DNA from: a virus
Direction: 5' to 3' (one strand)
DNA: 64,000 bases
IMG/VR virus record: IMGVR_UViG_3300022926_000007
Span: 1-64,000 of that record
The position numbers and the translations under genes were made by a program. Positions 30,101-39,950 of this stretch are shown here, in pieces; within the stretch, counting starts at the first letter, position 1, and each line of letters opens with the position of its first letter. Under the pieces are notes generated by a model. That model made no database searches. It was given only the letters and a program-made list of their open reading frames with translations, and was not told the DNA's origin.

Positions 30101-32724
30101 ACTTCAGAGTTTCCATAGTTTGAACCCAAGTCAATAGTTAACTGATTTGAATTACCTGATAATGAAAATATTGTATTACCTTCGTGGTTATTTCCTGATA
30201 AAGAAGTTATTTCACCAACTTCACCTGATGATGAACCTGCAGTTATATGCATTAACGCATAATCTCCTGAAGATAACGAAGCAAAAGTTTCATTTGAACC
30301 TGCATTAAAAATACCAATACCATCACCTGTTAGAGTCGTAACAAATTGTCTTCTAACGGTAAATGATGTGTCAGTTAATCCGTTGTTTGTAGCAGTTTTT
30401 AAAGTTTTAATAACTTTTTCTGGTAATTTATAAACTAAAGTATTGTTTGTTGTTTCTTGTAATTTTGTTCTTCTTCTTTCAACTGGTGAGGCCGTTGTAA
30501 CATCAGAACCACCTACAGCGGCAGATAATGTTAAACTTGTATCACTTACAATTGCTAATACAGTAGCAGTTAATTCTTCTCCAGTATTATCAGTAAATAC
30601 AATTGTGTCCCCACTTATTAATTCTGTTGTAAATTTTGTTCCTTGACCAATAACATCAGCACTACTATTTGCTACACTAATAGTTCCTGTTAAAGTATAT
30701 TGTGAATCATCTGTTGAAGATGTTGCATTACTTGTTAATACTGTATCTGCTGTAAACGCTGGTGTATTAGCTTGATAAATTTGTTTTACATTTTTAAAAT
30801 CATATACAATAACAGATTTAAAATAATTTGTATCTGTAGTTATGACTGCTGTATTACTTGAAGTAGCACCTGTAATTGTATCACCAGCAGTAAAAGTTCC
30901 ACTTTTGTTTGATATAACTACGATACCATTTTGAGCTGTTCCACCTGAAGTGTAACCACTAAATCCTGAAGTATCAGTAGCAATTGTAAATTCGCTAGCA
31001 CCTGTAACAATAATTTCATATGTGTTACCATTTACTTCAGTCATACCACCAACGCTGTCAAAAGTAACATTTTGTCCTGTTGATAAATTGTGTGATGATG
31101 ATGTTGTAACAGTTAATAAAACTGCTGATGTTGCCACCATATTTGAAATAGCAGCTGTAACTGAAGTCGAAGCGGCCTCTACAATACCACTTGCGCCTGA
31201 TACATTTGTTACAGTTTCACCTGTTGTAAGTGAATGTGCTAATTTTGTTCTTAAATGTGTAAATGCTGTAATATTAAATAAACCTAATTTATAATTTGAT
31301 GTAGTATTAGATGATGACGCACCAACTGTACCTGAATTGTATTCAAAAAATCTAGGATGTGCTACACCTATTTGATGTATGTCAGTACCTACGCCACTAT
31401 TTGCTGAACCACGTGAAGAAGTCGCTTCTTTATATAAAGATACTTCTTTATAAGCTTCTGTATCACCAGCAACTGTATCTACATCTGGCGATCCATAAAT
31501 GTTTGAAACTTCTACAAAATTACCTAACGCTAATCCAGTTGTAGAATTATTAACTGTTTTAAAATCTCTGGACTTATCTATTGTAACATATTTTGTAGCT
31601 ATAGTTTCTAACTCATAACCTTGAACATATGCTTTACCTGATCCTAATCCAATAGCTAATCTTGCTTTTGATTCTTCAGCTGTTAAATCAAATTCGTAAC
31701 GTGGATCTAATACTGTTCCTACTCTTGTTGTATCTGGTCTATAAATACCTCTTTCATATTGAGATATAGTTGAGTCAAAATGATGTTCTCTTACATCAAT
31801 GTCAAAATTTCTTACAACATAGTTTCCTGATTCATCAAATGTTCTACGAGCAAGTGTGTCAGCAATTAAACTATAATCTGTTTTTATAACTTTTGTAATT
31901 AAGTTACCATTATCAATTCTTAATAATTCTATAAAGTCATCATCTTCAGTAGATGTTAAATCTTTTTTAGCAAGTGTTAATGTAATTTTAAATCTATGAG
32001 CGCCTGGTGCATTTACATTTGAAGAACCTTGAGCGTTATCATTTAAAGAGGTATCATCTGAAGGTGTAATTAAACTTTCTGTAATTGTAAATCCAACTTT
32101 AAAACTAGGGTTTACAAAATAAGGTTCTAATATTATTGTTTGTGCTTCATTTTGTACAAAAAATCCATTTACATAATAAATTCCAGCTTCTACTCTCACA
32201 GCAGATCCAGTTCCTACTGCATTTGAGTCAATAGGTAATGCTACTCCATTTGTACCTACTGTAGCAGTTTCACCACCATCTCCTGTTAAAGTTTCTGTAC
32301 TAACAAATCTATTAATAACTCCAGCACTAGCACCTGTACTTGCTGTTTTTGTATAGTTGACAAATATTGTTGCGGCTTCTGTATCAGTAGCAGCAGTTGC
32401 ATTTATAACTTCAGCAACTACACCATTCGTGTCACCTGTAAAAATTGTACCAATTAAATCAGATACATTTGAAGTTGAAAATGTTGAAAGTTTAACGAAA
32501 TGATAAGTGTTTATATATTGTATTTCACCAGGAATAACTTGAGCGCCATCTTTAAATATGTGATCTCCAAATCTTTTAATTTGATTTTGAAGTATTGATT
32601 GTACTTGAGTTAATTCTCTTGCTTGAACAGCAAATCCAGGACGAAATAAAATTTTATGAAATCTTTTTGACTCTAAATAATCATCAAAGTACGGACTAAT
32701 ATTAAAATCAGTTTTTGTGGCCAT
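27163..32724 (-). CDS. large VrlC/DUF4815-like virion protein with a C-terminal Hint domain
   Basis: SPYFDDY...LFRPGFAVQARELTQ.QSILQNQ, PGAHR, RFKNGFLVD; CFIAGT...VVHN near the C-terminus. Confidence 0.85.
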   Translation of the reverse strand: MATKTDFNISPYFDDYLESKRFHKILFRPGFAVQARELTQVQSILQNQIKRFGDHIFKDGAQVIPGEIQYINTYHFVKLSTFSTSNVSDLIGTIFTGDTNGVVAEVINATAATDTEAATIFVNYTKTASTGASAGVINRFVSTETLTGDGGETATVGTNGVALPIDSNAVGTGSAVRVEAGIYYVNGFFVQNEAQTIILEPYFVNPSFKVGFTITESLITPSDDTSLNDNAQGSSNVNAPGAHRFKITLTLAKKDLTSTEDDDFIELLRIDNGNLITKVIKTDYSLIADTLARRTFDESGNYVVRNFDIDVREHHFDSTISQYERGIYRPDTTRVGTVLDPRYEFDLTAEESKARLAIGLGSGKAYVQGYELETIATKYVTIDKSRDFKTVNNSTTGLALGNFVEVSNIYGSPDVDTVAGDTEAYKEVSLYKEATSSRGSANSGVGTDIHQIGVAHPRFFEYNSGTVGASSSNTTSNYKLGLFNITAFTHLRTKLAHSLTTGETVTNVSGASGIVEAASTSVTAAISNMVATSAVLLTVTTSSSHNLSTGQNVTFDSVGGMTEVNGNTYEIIVTGASEFTIATDTSGFSGYTSGGTAQNGIVVISNKSGTFTAGDTITGATSSNTAVITTDTNYFKSVIVYDFKNVKQIYQANTPAFTADTVLTSNATSSTDDSQYTLTGTISVANSSADVIGQGTKFTTELISGDTIVFTDNTGEELTATVLAIVSDTSLTLSAAVGGSDVTTASPVERRRTKLQETTNNTLVYKLPEKVIKTLKTATNNGLTDTSFTVRRQFVTTLTGDGIGIFNAGSNETFASLSSGDYALMHITAGSSSGEVGEITSLSGNNHEGNTIFSLSGNSNQLTIDLGSNYGNSEVKFTATIVRNVAVEKLKTLVSGATTSITTEATATNSIISLGKADIYQLNSVYMSPDFATAATTSHTNITDRFDLDNGQRDNFYDLGRLKLKSGSQVPTGQLLINFDYFTHGAGDYFSVDSYAIDYTNIPTFKSENKGETLELRECVDFRPRVADDSNVIGYNDKDATGAKNFTGTNAVSVDIPKPGSNFRADFEFYLSRIDAIYMTTSGQFKQARGASAVDPQRPDTIDNSIILCYLRLPAYTFSTSDVTVIPVDNRRYTMRDIGKLESRIKNLEYYTSLSLLEQETLNLEIQDANGFNRFKNGFLVDTFKGHNVGDTTNSDYQCSMDLENGVVRPRCFTDQVSLIETATNDTARTAAGYQKTGDLITLPYTEVELVSNLSATTTVNVNPFNVFTYVGNMKITPEFDEWKDTKTSPDLVVNNDLLYNSIKDIPNPSHRTGTVWNEWQNNWTGTFIEKTHSGNQTTVKEGRTGSATRSGLKRELSSQVVQQSFGERLVDLSYVPYIRSKTISFTVTGLKPLSKHYAYFEDVDVDSYVTPTGGSLGGQLTSDANGSLSGTFAIPNPSVSGNPKWRCGERVFKITDSQSNFRTGRNNESFASTKYRAQGLLVTEQETVYATRVPDVIETKLLEENSVREITSSTTYSSGGSSSGSNRGTDNNDSGGWEDRDKDGLPDRIDPDDNDPNVRTYSDLKERNAERAKTAQAIKDNKAGIGGSCFIAGTKVSMADGTFKNIEDVVVGDKVKGYKEENTVIKLDPTLLAERKLYSFNDNEHYFFTSEHPFMTEEGWKSIKPEKTKERDGVELYEQLKGELKVGDKLVTNNGLVEITSINSKVINNPQLPLYNFNVSNDNSYIADGYVVHNKGSSGGKVLCDYIYELGLLDKRLWELDEEYGKWAMLNDPELMIGYHAWAYPLIEEMKSNTKIGKIAFFFTKHLVPHWAKYLAGEKTIIGSLLHNIGKPICRVIGKIKKNRINKTRGTI
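27520..27957 (-). other. Hint (intein-like) autoprocessing domain, 146 aa
   Basis: Block A CFIAGTKVSMADG, block B TSEHPF, blocks F/G LYNFNV...YIADGYVVHN; the +1 residue is Lys. Confidence 0.85.
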
Positions 32725-32741
32725 TTCTATCCCTATGTATG

Positions 32742-34235
32742 TTAAAATTCTATAATCAGTTTAATATTTTCTGTTTGATCTACAGCTCTTGATATTGGTG
32801 TTCTATTTTCAACATATAAAACATCTCCTGTATCGTGGTCGATTTCAGGTACAGAATATCCTGAAGCAAAAATAACATTATTAACTGGTGATGAAGCAGA
32901 TGTGTCGGGTGTGCCTGTTGCACTTGAACTTTGTCCTGTAATTACGTTTGCACCAGAAAAATCAATTAAATTACCGTTACTGTCAATACCAGCATCACTA
33001 TGTCTTGTCTGAATGTAATATAAAATATTATTTGTTGAATCCCATTCTACAACTTTACCAACAGCACCTGTTGTTGCTTGATTAATTTCTTCATCAACTG
33101 TAAATGTACCTGGTGTTGGTGAAGCAGCAATTTTAATTGCCTTTGTTAATCTGGCTGTTGTTGATGTTACAGCAGAAGAATTTTTTGTAGGATCTCTTAA
33201 CAAAACAATTTTTCTAAAATCGTTTACAGCAGAAAAGTCTCCTGTATTTGCAGATTCACTACCTTCTAATGAAGTATTTAACATCACAAAGAAACCACCC
33301 AATTCTTCTAAAGCATTTGCACCATGTCCACCTTTTGGAGGAATGATTACATCTAATTCAGCGCCAGATAAACCTGTAGCACCAGCGGCAACAATTTGAG
33401 CATTACTTACTGTTGCAAATGTATAATTTACACCAGCAGTTGTTACGGTTACTGAAGATACTAAACCACCCGAAACTACAACTTCGCATAGTCCGCCTGA
33501 TCCATCACCTCTTATTGGAATATTTGAAAATGTTCCGTTTGTACCACCCGAACCAGCAGATTTGATTTTAATAATATCTATTGCACCATTAATAGCATTA
33601 GATATTACGTTTAAATGATCTGTTCCTGCATTTGCATTTGTAGGAATTGCCATAAAATCTGTTGATAGAAAATTAGATTGTTGAGCAGCAGATAAGGTAT
33701 ACATATATTTCCATATGTAACCGTCTGTAGTTGTAATAGGAGTTGTCGATACTCCAGTAGGTTCATCATTGACTGTTGCACCATTATTATTATCTAAACA
33801 CTTATAAACGTTTCTATCTGACGACAAAACATAAAAAGTAGAATCGAATAAAGTAATTGCACCACTAGTAGATGTTATTCTAGTTGAAGTAGAACCAGTT
33901 GTATATTCTCCATAATCATGTCTGTAAATATCGTAAACTGTACCAGATGTCCAGTTTCTTCTTGGAATTACAAAAGAAATATCTGATCCTGTAATTCTTT
34001 TAGCCGCAGTTAATTCATCAAATGTATAAAATTCATTAACTACTGTATCACCAGGAGTTGTAGGATTTGAATCTGTACCCTCATAATCAGTACGTCCATC
34101 AGCTCTAGTTAAGGTACCCCAAGCCTGAGGTCTTCCAATACCTAGATAGTATATGTTATTTGCGGGTTCTGAGAAAGACTCATGAAATTGTTCCGCATTA
34201 TTTAATCTAAACTTATTTGTTATAATTGCTGGCAT
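32742..34235 (-). CDS. gp8: baseplate wedge subunit
   Basis: PRRNW, VYKCLDN, DGYIWKYMY, GDVLYVENR...Q.E.IKLIIEF. Confidence 0.85.
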   Translation of the reverse strand: MPAIITNKFRLNNAEQFHESFSEPANNIYYLGIGRPQAWGTLTRADGRTDYEGTDSNPTTPGDTVVNEFYTFDELTAAKRITGSDISFVIPRRNWTSGTVYDIYRHDYGEYTTGSTSTRITSTSGAITLFDSTFYVLSSDRNVYKCLDNNNGATVNDEPTGVSTTPITTTDGYIWKYMYTLSAAQQSNFLSTDFMAIPTNANAGTDHLNVISNAINGAIDIIKIKSAGSGGTNGTFSNIPIRGDGSGGLCEVVVSGGLVSSVTVTTAGVNYTFATVSNAQIVAAGATGLSGAELDVIIPPKGGHGANALEELGGFFVMLNTSLEGSESANTGDFSAVNDFRKIVLLRDPTKNSSAVTSTTARLTKAIKIAASPTPGTFTVDEEINQATTGAVGKVVEWDSTNNILYYIQTRHSDAGIDSNGNLIDFSGANVITGQSSSATGTPDTSASSPVNNVIFASGYSVPEIDHDTGDVLYVENRTPISRAVDQTENIKLIIEF

Positions 34236-34254
34236 AATTTTTCTCTATATTGTA

Positions 34255-34262
34255 TATTTATA
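34255..34262 (-). promoter_or_regulatory. T4-type late promoter
   Basis: TATAAATA upstream of gp8. Confidence 0.7.
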
Positions 34263-34284
34263 CACTTTCTTTTAATGTTTTAAA

Positions 34285-35460
34285 TTAAGTTCCTGTTCCA
34301 TATAATGATTTTAAGACACTTCCGGATGAGTCTAAAATTTGTAAATTTACAGCACCATTCAGTTGAGTTGAGGTAATTCCACCATTTTTAACTTGCAATA
34401 CTCCTGAATTGACATTGATTGTATTATCATCATAATCTACAGAAAAAATTGTTCCTGTAATATCTATACCATCACCACCTGTAAAAGCTGGTAATGTTGA
34501 AATTTGGGAGAAATTGATATTTGTAGTACCAAAAGTAATCGTACCTTCAGTATTCATTACATACAATTCACCAGCACCAGTGTTACCTTCACTCACAAAG
34601 AAAGCATCACCTTCTCCTAAAGCATCAGGATCAGAAACACCATAACTATCAGCATCAGTTGCTCTTGTAAGTACCCAAGCAGTTGCTCCATCACCAACAG
34701 TTGTTACTGTGTAAATACCATTATGAACAGCGTTAGTTTGATTGTAAACTAAAACTCTATCGTTTGTACTTAGAGTAATACCGTCTATAATTATAGCTGT
34801 TAAAGTTCCATTGTTTGTTAACGTTGCACCTACACCTGAAGTACCGTTATTATAAGTTGCGTTTAGATTTGTTATAGCTTCTACTCTTACAGGATCATGG
34901 TAATGAATACCAGCAGAAGCAATTGTATCAACATAAGTTTTAATTGCTTTTGCTGAAGCAAGAGTATTATGTAATGATGAAACTGTAGTTAAATCAGTAT
35001 CTAAAACACCAGACGCTAAGTCAGCAACTTCTATATTTGAAATTGAGTTACCAGTGCCATTTGCGTCAAATGTTTTATTTGTAAATGATATTGTAGAACT
35101 TGCTAAATCACTTATTTGTGATGAAGTTATAGATAAAGCAGCTTCGTGTTGTGTTACTGAACTTTGAGTTATGTTAACATCAGGCACATCTGCCCAAGTA
35201 ACAGATGATGTTAAATCATTTGTTTCTGAAACTGAAGTTATATAGCCAGTATCATTTGTCCATTGTGATATATTTCCTGACTTGTTTGTTAAAGTATGTG
35301 TAGATGATGCTGTTAGTACATCTGAATTTAATGTTGTACCATCACCTATTGCTGTATAAATTTCATTGAAATTATCATTAATTAGATCACCAGCATCACG
35401 TAATGTTGAACCTGTACCATCATTTTGTATAGTTCCGATATTTATTGTTTGTTTTGTCAT
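34285..35460 (-). CDS. baseplate-attached fibre protein (gp9/gp10-type N-terminus)
   Basis: KQTINIG...DGTG..LR....IN.NF.EIY N-terminal motif; shares blocks with the 1106..3706 fibre. Confidence 0.75.
   Translation of the reverse strand: MTKQTINIGTIQNDGTGSTLRDAGDLINDNFNEIYTAIGDGTTLNSDVLTASSTHTLTNKSGNISQWTNDTGYITSVSETNDLTSSVTWADVPDVNITQSSVTQHEAALSITSSQISDLASSTISFTNKTFDANGTGNSISNIEVADLASGVLDTDLTTVSSLHNTLASAKAIKTYVDTIASAGIHYHDPVRVEAITNLNATYNNGTSGVGATLTNNGTLTAIIIDGITLSTNDRVLVYNQTNAVHNGIYTVTTVGDGATAWVLTRATDADSYGVSDPDALGEGDAFFVSEGNTGAGELYVMNTEGTITFGTTNINFSQISTLPAFTGGDGIDITGTIFSVDYDDNTINVNSGVLQVKNGGITSTQLNGAVNLQILDSSGSVLKSLYGTGT
34515..34935. repeat. fibre module, copy 2
   Basis: Direct repeat of ~1570-1990. 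Confidence 0.85.
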
Positions 35461-35473
35461 AACTCTCTCTTAC

Positions 35474-35481
35474 TATTTATA
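35474..35481 (-). promoter_or_regulatory. T4-type late promoter
   Basis: TATAAATA on the minus strand. Confidence 0.7.
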
Positions 35482-35483
35482 TA

Positions 35484-38093
35484 CTATCCAGCATCCATTG
35501 TATTATTAGTGTTATCAAATGTTATGGAAGTTTGATCCATTGTTGATTGTGAAATAACACCAACCTGAGCAGGTATAGTAAAATTTGTTTTAAGTTTTCT
35601 TCCATCTTCATTGGAAGTCATTAAAAAGATTGCGTTTGAACCGTCTAAAGATGTTCTAGTTCCTTGAACTTTAATATCATTTAATATTTGAAAAGTAATA
35701 CCACTACTACTAAAAGAATTGTTTGCAGTAACTCCAAATGCAGTATTAGCAAATTTATTTAAAACACCAAATCTTGGTCCAGCGTATGCAAATCCTTGTC
35801 TTACATTTACTAAGTCACCCAATGAATTAGATAAATTTCTTCTCACTCTACTTACATAATCTATATTTATAGGTTGTGTTTTTAAGGTAACATCTCTTGT
35901 TGTTTTATCAAATGGAGTAATAGTACTAGTATCAAAATCTGCTGATACAGCTAATTCAGGATTTGTTCTTAAAGTTGTTCCATCAGTTTCAGTTCCTAAT
36001 CTTCTTCCTACAATTGTAGAATATAATTTTGTTAAAATATTTCTTAGAATTTCTGTAATTCCAGAATTAATTCCAGTAATTCTCTTAATTTGTAAATTTA
36101 ATCTACTTGTTAAATCAACTTGTCCTGTAAAATAAAAACCAGCGGTGTGCATTGTCTTTTTAAAAGAATTACGCCAACTATTAATTGATTGACCAACTTT
36201 TAATACATAAGAAAAGTCCTGATAGTATAAACTATCTTGTATCTTCATTGTTTGTTCAGAAACAAATCCATCTTCGTTTAAAAACTTACCGTCTGTATCA
36301 CCTACAGAAACAATGTTTACGCTAATATTTGCAACATCTAATTTGTTTAAAACTGAACTACCGCCACTTGAAGATGTTATAGTTTCTTCAATCGAAAAAT
36401 TACCTGTTACATTTTTAAGTTTTAATAAATTTCTATCACTATCATAGTTAACTATTGTTCCCGTAGTACCTGAAGAACTACCTGTAACTGTGTCATTTAT
36501 GTTAAAATTTCCTGTTACTGTAGTTAAAATTAAATTTTGATAAAAACTTAAAGTAGGAGGTGATGGAGAATTTTCATAACCTTCTCCTAATTCATTTGTT
36601 TTTATTCCTATAATTCTTCCTATTTCAGATCCATAAGTTAATAATTTTGCACCTACACCAGATGAAGATGTAATCGATACTAGAGGTAAAGAAATATATC
36701 CAGAACCAGAATTTGTTATATAAACATCTGTAATATCTCCTACACCAGTTCCTTCTTCTTGTACTATTTTATTTCCTGAATATGTATCATCACTTGTAGT
36801 TTCATCTTCTAATACAATATGATCTTCTGTTGTTGATGTTGAAGTTTCTTGCGTAAATCCACCATTGACAACTGAAACAAATCCAGATGCATTAACTCCT
36901 TGAGTTCCTATATTATTAAAAACTAAATTATCACCCATAGAATAATCTAAACCACTGTCATCAACAATTATTTCAGTAATACCTCCAGAACCAATATCAT
37001 TTATAGAAAATCTAGCACCAGTCCCTCCTCCATTTACAGAAATTAAATCTGTATATGAGTAAAGATTACCATCATTAATTGTTGTTTTTGTTCCGGGTAT
37101 ACCTGTAATATTTGCTTTAATAAAATAATCGTCTGTGTCTGAAAATGTTCCTCTAATTTCTTCACCTATAGAAAATGTTCCATCATAAGAACCATCATTA
37201 ATAACAAATTCAGAAATTATTTGATTACCTAAAATAAGTTTTTTTACTGATTCAACAATAGCAGTTGCACCTGAAGTTTGGCCTGTAATAGTACGACCTA
37301 CTAAATTAATTGTATTACCAGTCGTTGATATAGCTCTTAAAACTTTTTGTGTGTCCCATTGTCCGTCAGAAACACGTAACATTTGTTCTCTAGGATAAAA
37401 TATTTCAGAATCTTCGTTAAATAGTAATCTAAAAAATAATTCGTGGCCTCTATTAGTACCTTTTGCTTTATAAAGTGATTTTACATTTTTAATAAGGTTT
37501 CTTTTATTAACACCAGCATTTAAATTTTCTGGTAATGTATTTAAAAATTCATTTCTAAATTTTGTTAAAAAGTTTGAAATAACTTTATCGGGATCTCTAA
37601 AGTTTAATAATTCTTGTATATTAGTTACAGGATTTGGACTGTAGTTATTAATAACAGCGCTTGCGTTTGAAGAAGCACCTAATACTGTTTCGCCTATAAT
37701 AAATTTATCTTGTGCTGAAATAAACAAGCGGCCATTATTTAAATCTTCAGCAAGAACTGTAGTCGTAGCGCCTGAAGTTTGACCTGTGATAGTTTCACCT
37801 CTTGTAAATTTACCAAAGGCTGAACTTTCTAAAATGATTTTATCACCAGCGTCTAATTGTGTTCTATCAGAATCAATACGAGAACCATCTAATAACAAAG
37901 CATTTGTTTGTGCTGTTTCTGTTTCTAATTGAATACCGTCTGTAGTTTGTACCGAAGTTACATCTAACTCGGCAGATTCCATAAAAGTGTAATATGTTTT
38001 TACAAACTCTAAAAATTTAGGGTGTTGTTCAACAACGAACTCTGGAGCCTGACTATTAATCAGTTTTGATATTTTGTCTTTAAAAGTTGCCAT
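35484..38093 (-). CDS. gp7: baseplate wedge initiator (gp7-like)
   Basis: LYKAKGT...FRLLFNE, IQDSLYYQDFSY, H.AG; lies between gp6 and gp8. Confidence 0.7.
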   Translation of the reverse strand: MATFKDKISKLINSQAPEFVVEQHPKFLEFVKTYYTFMESAELDVTSVQTTDGIQLETETAQTNALLLDGSRIDSDRTQLDAGDKIILESSAFGKFTRGETITGQTSGATTTVLAEDLNNGRLFISAQDKFIIGETVLGASSNASAVINNYSPNPVTNIQELLNFRDPDKVISNFLTKFRNEFLNTLPENLNAGVNKRNLIKNVKSLYKAKGTNRGHELFFRLLFNEDSEIFYPREQMLRVSDGQWDTQKVLRAISTTGNTINLVGRTITGQTSGATAIVESVKKLILGNQIISEFVINDGSYDGTFSIGEEIRGTFSDTDDYFIKANITGIPGTKTTINDGNLYSYTDLISVNGGGTGARFSINDIGSGGITEIIVDDSGLDYSMGDNLVFNNIGTQGVNASGFVSVVNGGFTQETSTSTTEDHIVLEDETTSDDTYSGNKIVQEEGTGVGDITDVYITNSGSGYISLPLVSITSSSGVGAKLLTYGSEIGRIIGIKTNELGEGYENSPSPPTLSFYQNLILTTVTGNFNINDTVTGSSSGTTGTIVNYDSDRNLLKLKNVTGNFSIEETITSSSGGSSVLNKLDVANISVNIVSVGDTDGKFLNEDGFVSEQTMKIQDSLYYQDFSYVLKVGQSINSWRNSFKKTMHTAGFYFTGQVDLTSRLNLQIKRITGINSGITEILRNILTKLYSTIVGRRLGTETDGTTLRTNPELAVSADFDTSTITPFDKTTRDVTLKTQPINIDYVSRVRRNLSNSLGDLVNVRQGFAYAGPRFGVLNKFANTAFGVTANNSFSSSGITFQILNDIKVQGTRTSLDGSNAIFLMTSNEDGRKLKTNFTIPAQVGVISQSTMDQTSITFDNTNNTMDAG

Positions 38094-39949
38094 TAGTAAT
38101 TAGATGTTACTGTGTAACCTACACCAGCGTCAGCGGAACCTCCAACAAAGGTATCTGCCTCTACTGTGATTGTTGAATTTGCTGTATCTATTTCTAAAAT
38201 CTGATCTCTTACAGGAACAATATCATAAGAAGCAGGCTCAACTGTAACCTCTATTACAGACGAAGCAGAACCTCTAATATTTTCTATTGAAGCAATATCT
38301 AAAGAGTTAATTGTAATTTGACCTGTTGTATAGTCAACAGTACCTTGTGTATTATTTACATATGTTCTAATTCCAGAAACAAGATAATATCTTCTTACAT
38401 TACCTTGTCCATCATCATCAAGGTAATAAACATTTGTTGTATCACCTGTCACTTTAAATCCTGATGTAGTGATTACACCACCTGTACCAGATTTGTGACC
38501 TGTATGTGGATTAAAAATACCGTTTCTGAAATAAATGTCATATCTTGTGGATGATCCAATAGTCGGTGTAAGAGTTTTTCTAATTTTTAAACTTGTGACA
38601 TTTGATAAAATACTTGTATCAGCATCATCTATTAAACCTGTAATTTTTGAATGTCTAAACACACCATCAAATTTTTGTAATGTGTCTTTATTGTAATTTG
38701 AAATAGCAGTTAAAACTTCAGACTCTAAAGTGTCAGCTGTTTTGGTAGTTGCCTTTTCATCATACTTTATGTTTGATGTTAAAAGTATTTTTGTAATTTC
38801 TGGATCAACAATTTCTGGTCTTACAGAAGCCACATTGAATTTTTTTAATTGTGTTACAATAGATTGTTTAGTTGCGTCTGTTAAAGTAGAACCTGAAGCG
38901 GCCTTAATAGCAATTTTTACAACACCATAAATTGGCGTTTCATCATCTTCGCCACCCCAAGCTGAAACTGATTGAGCATTAGGATACAATTCTTGTACAA
39001 GTGTTTCATAATCACCTGTTGTAACTGCTCTATCTTGTCTAGCATATTGTAAAGGAGCATTAAATCGAATTGACTCTTTACTTTGTGGTTCAGCACCACC
39101 TTGAGCACTTGAAACTGTAGTAATTGTAACGTCTGAAAAAGTTTCAATAGCACCTGACAAAGCAAAAGTTGAAGCACCATTAGCTTCAGTTTTATTTGTA
39201 ACAATATATTCTAATATTACAATATTACCATCACTTAATGCTCGGCCTATAACACCATCTCCAAAATAAACTTCAAACTTACCATCTTCAACTTCTTGTA
39301 AAAAATAAACTCTACTTGTTGAATCTAAACTTGTAAAACCTGTAGCTAAAGTATATGTCGCTGTTGTTGAATCAGATGATGAGTTTTGAATTTGTACTTT
39401 TAAAGTTGTTGTGTCTGCTCTATTACTAGGTATTATAAAACTCTGGTCAGGATCGGATGTATTAACTGTGTATCTGTAAGTTACTAAAGTACCTTCAAAA
39501 ACAGGAATATTAGAAAACTGATAAACACCATTTGTGGGCGTTAGTGTGTGAGAAGCATTAGTAACAAATTGATAAGAAGTATCGTTTACACTTGTTGTAA
39601 AAACTGTTCCTTTGGCCATTGTAATGGAATCGCCTGAAGCATTATTGACTAAAATATTTAATGAAGCTGAAGGAGCTTTTGCTGAAGTAGGAGTGTAACC
39701 TAACATCTTTGCTAATGACACAATATTTTTTCGAATGTCGGCACTATCTAAGTACATTTCATTTGCTAACATATTAGCATTAAAACCTAGATAATGTGTA
39801 TTGTAAGCTAATAAATCTAAAAGTATGGAAAAACCTGATCCTTCAAAATCATAGTCCTGAAATTCTGATTGTGATTGTAAAAATGTTTTTAAATTTTGTT
39901 TTACTAAATCAAAATCTAAATCTGAAACTGTTAATTTATTACTTGCCAT
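38093..39949 (-). CDS. gp6: baseplate wedge subunit
   Basis: LDFD, DYDFEGS, LAYNTHY, FGDGVIG, RAVT..DY. Confidence 0.9.
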   Translation of the reverse strand: MASNKLTVSDLDFDLVKQNLKTFLQSQSEFQDYDFEGSGFSILLDLLAYNTHYLGFNANMLANEMYLDSADIRKNIVSLAKMLGYTPTSAKAPSASLNILVNNASGDSITMAKGTVFTTSVNDTSYQFVTNASHTLTPTNGVYQFSNIPVFEGTLVTYRYTVNTSDPDQSFIIPSNRADTTTLKVQIQNSSSDSTTATYTLATGFTSLDSTSRVYFLQEVEDGKFEVYFGDGVIGRALSDGNIVILEYIVTNKTEANGASTFALSGAIETFSDVTITTVSSAQGGAEPQSKESIRFNAPLQYARQDRAVTTGDYETLVQELYPNAQSVSAWGGEDDETPIYGVVKIAIKAASGSTLTDATKQSIVTQLKKFNVASVRPEIVDPEITKILLTSNIKYDEKATTKTADTLESEVLTAISNYNKDTLQKFDGVFRHSKITGLIDDADTSILSNVTSLKIRKTLTPTIGSSTRYDIYFRNGIFNPHTGHKSGTGGVITTSGFKVTGDTTNVYYLDDDGQGNVRRYYLVSGIRTYVNNTQGTVDYTTGQITINSLDIASIENIRGSASSVIEVTVEPASYDIVPVRDQILEIDTANSTITVEADTFVGGSADAGVGYTVTSNY

Positions 39950-39950
39950 T

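Noticed and set aside
1570-34935. Fibre repeats as a diversity-generating retroelement TR/VR pair
   Set aside because: Mismatches are of all base types and largely synonymous rather than adenine-specific, and no reverse transcriptase is in the window
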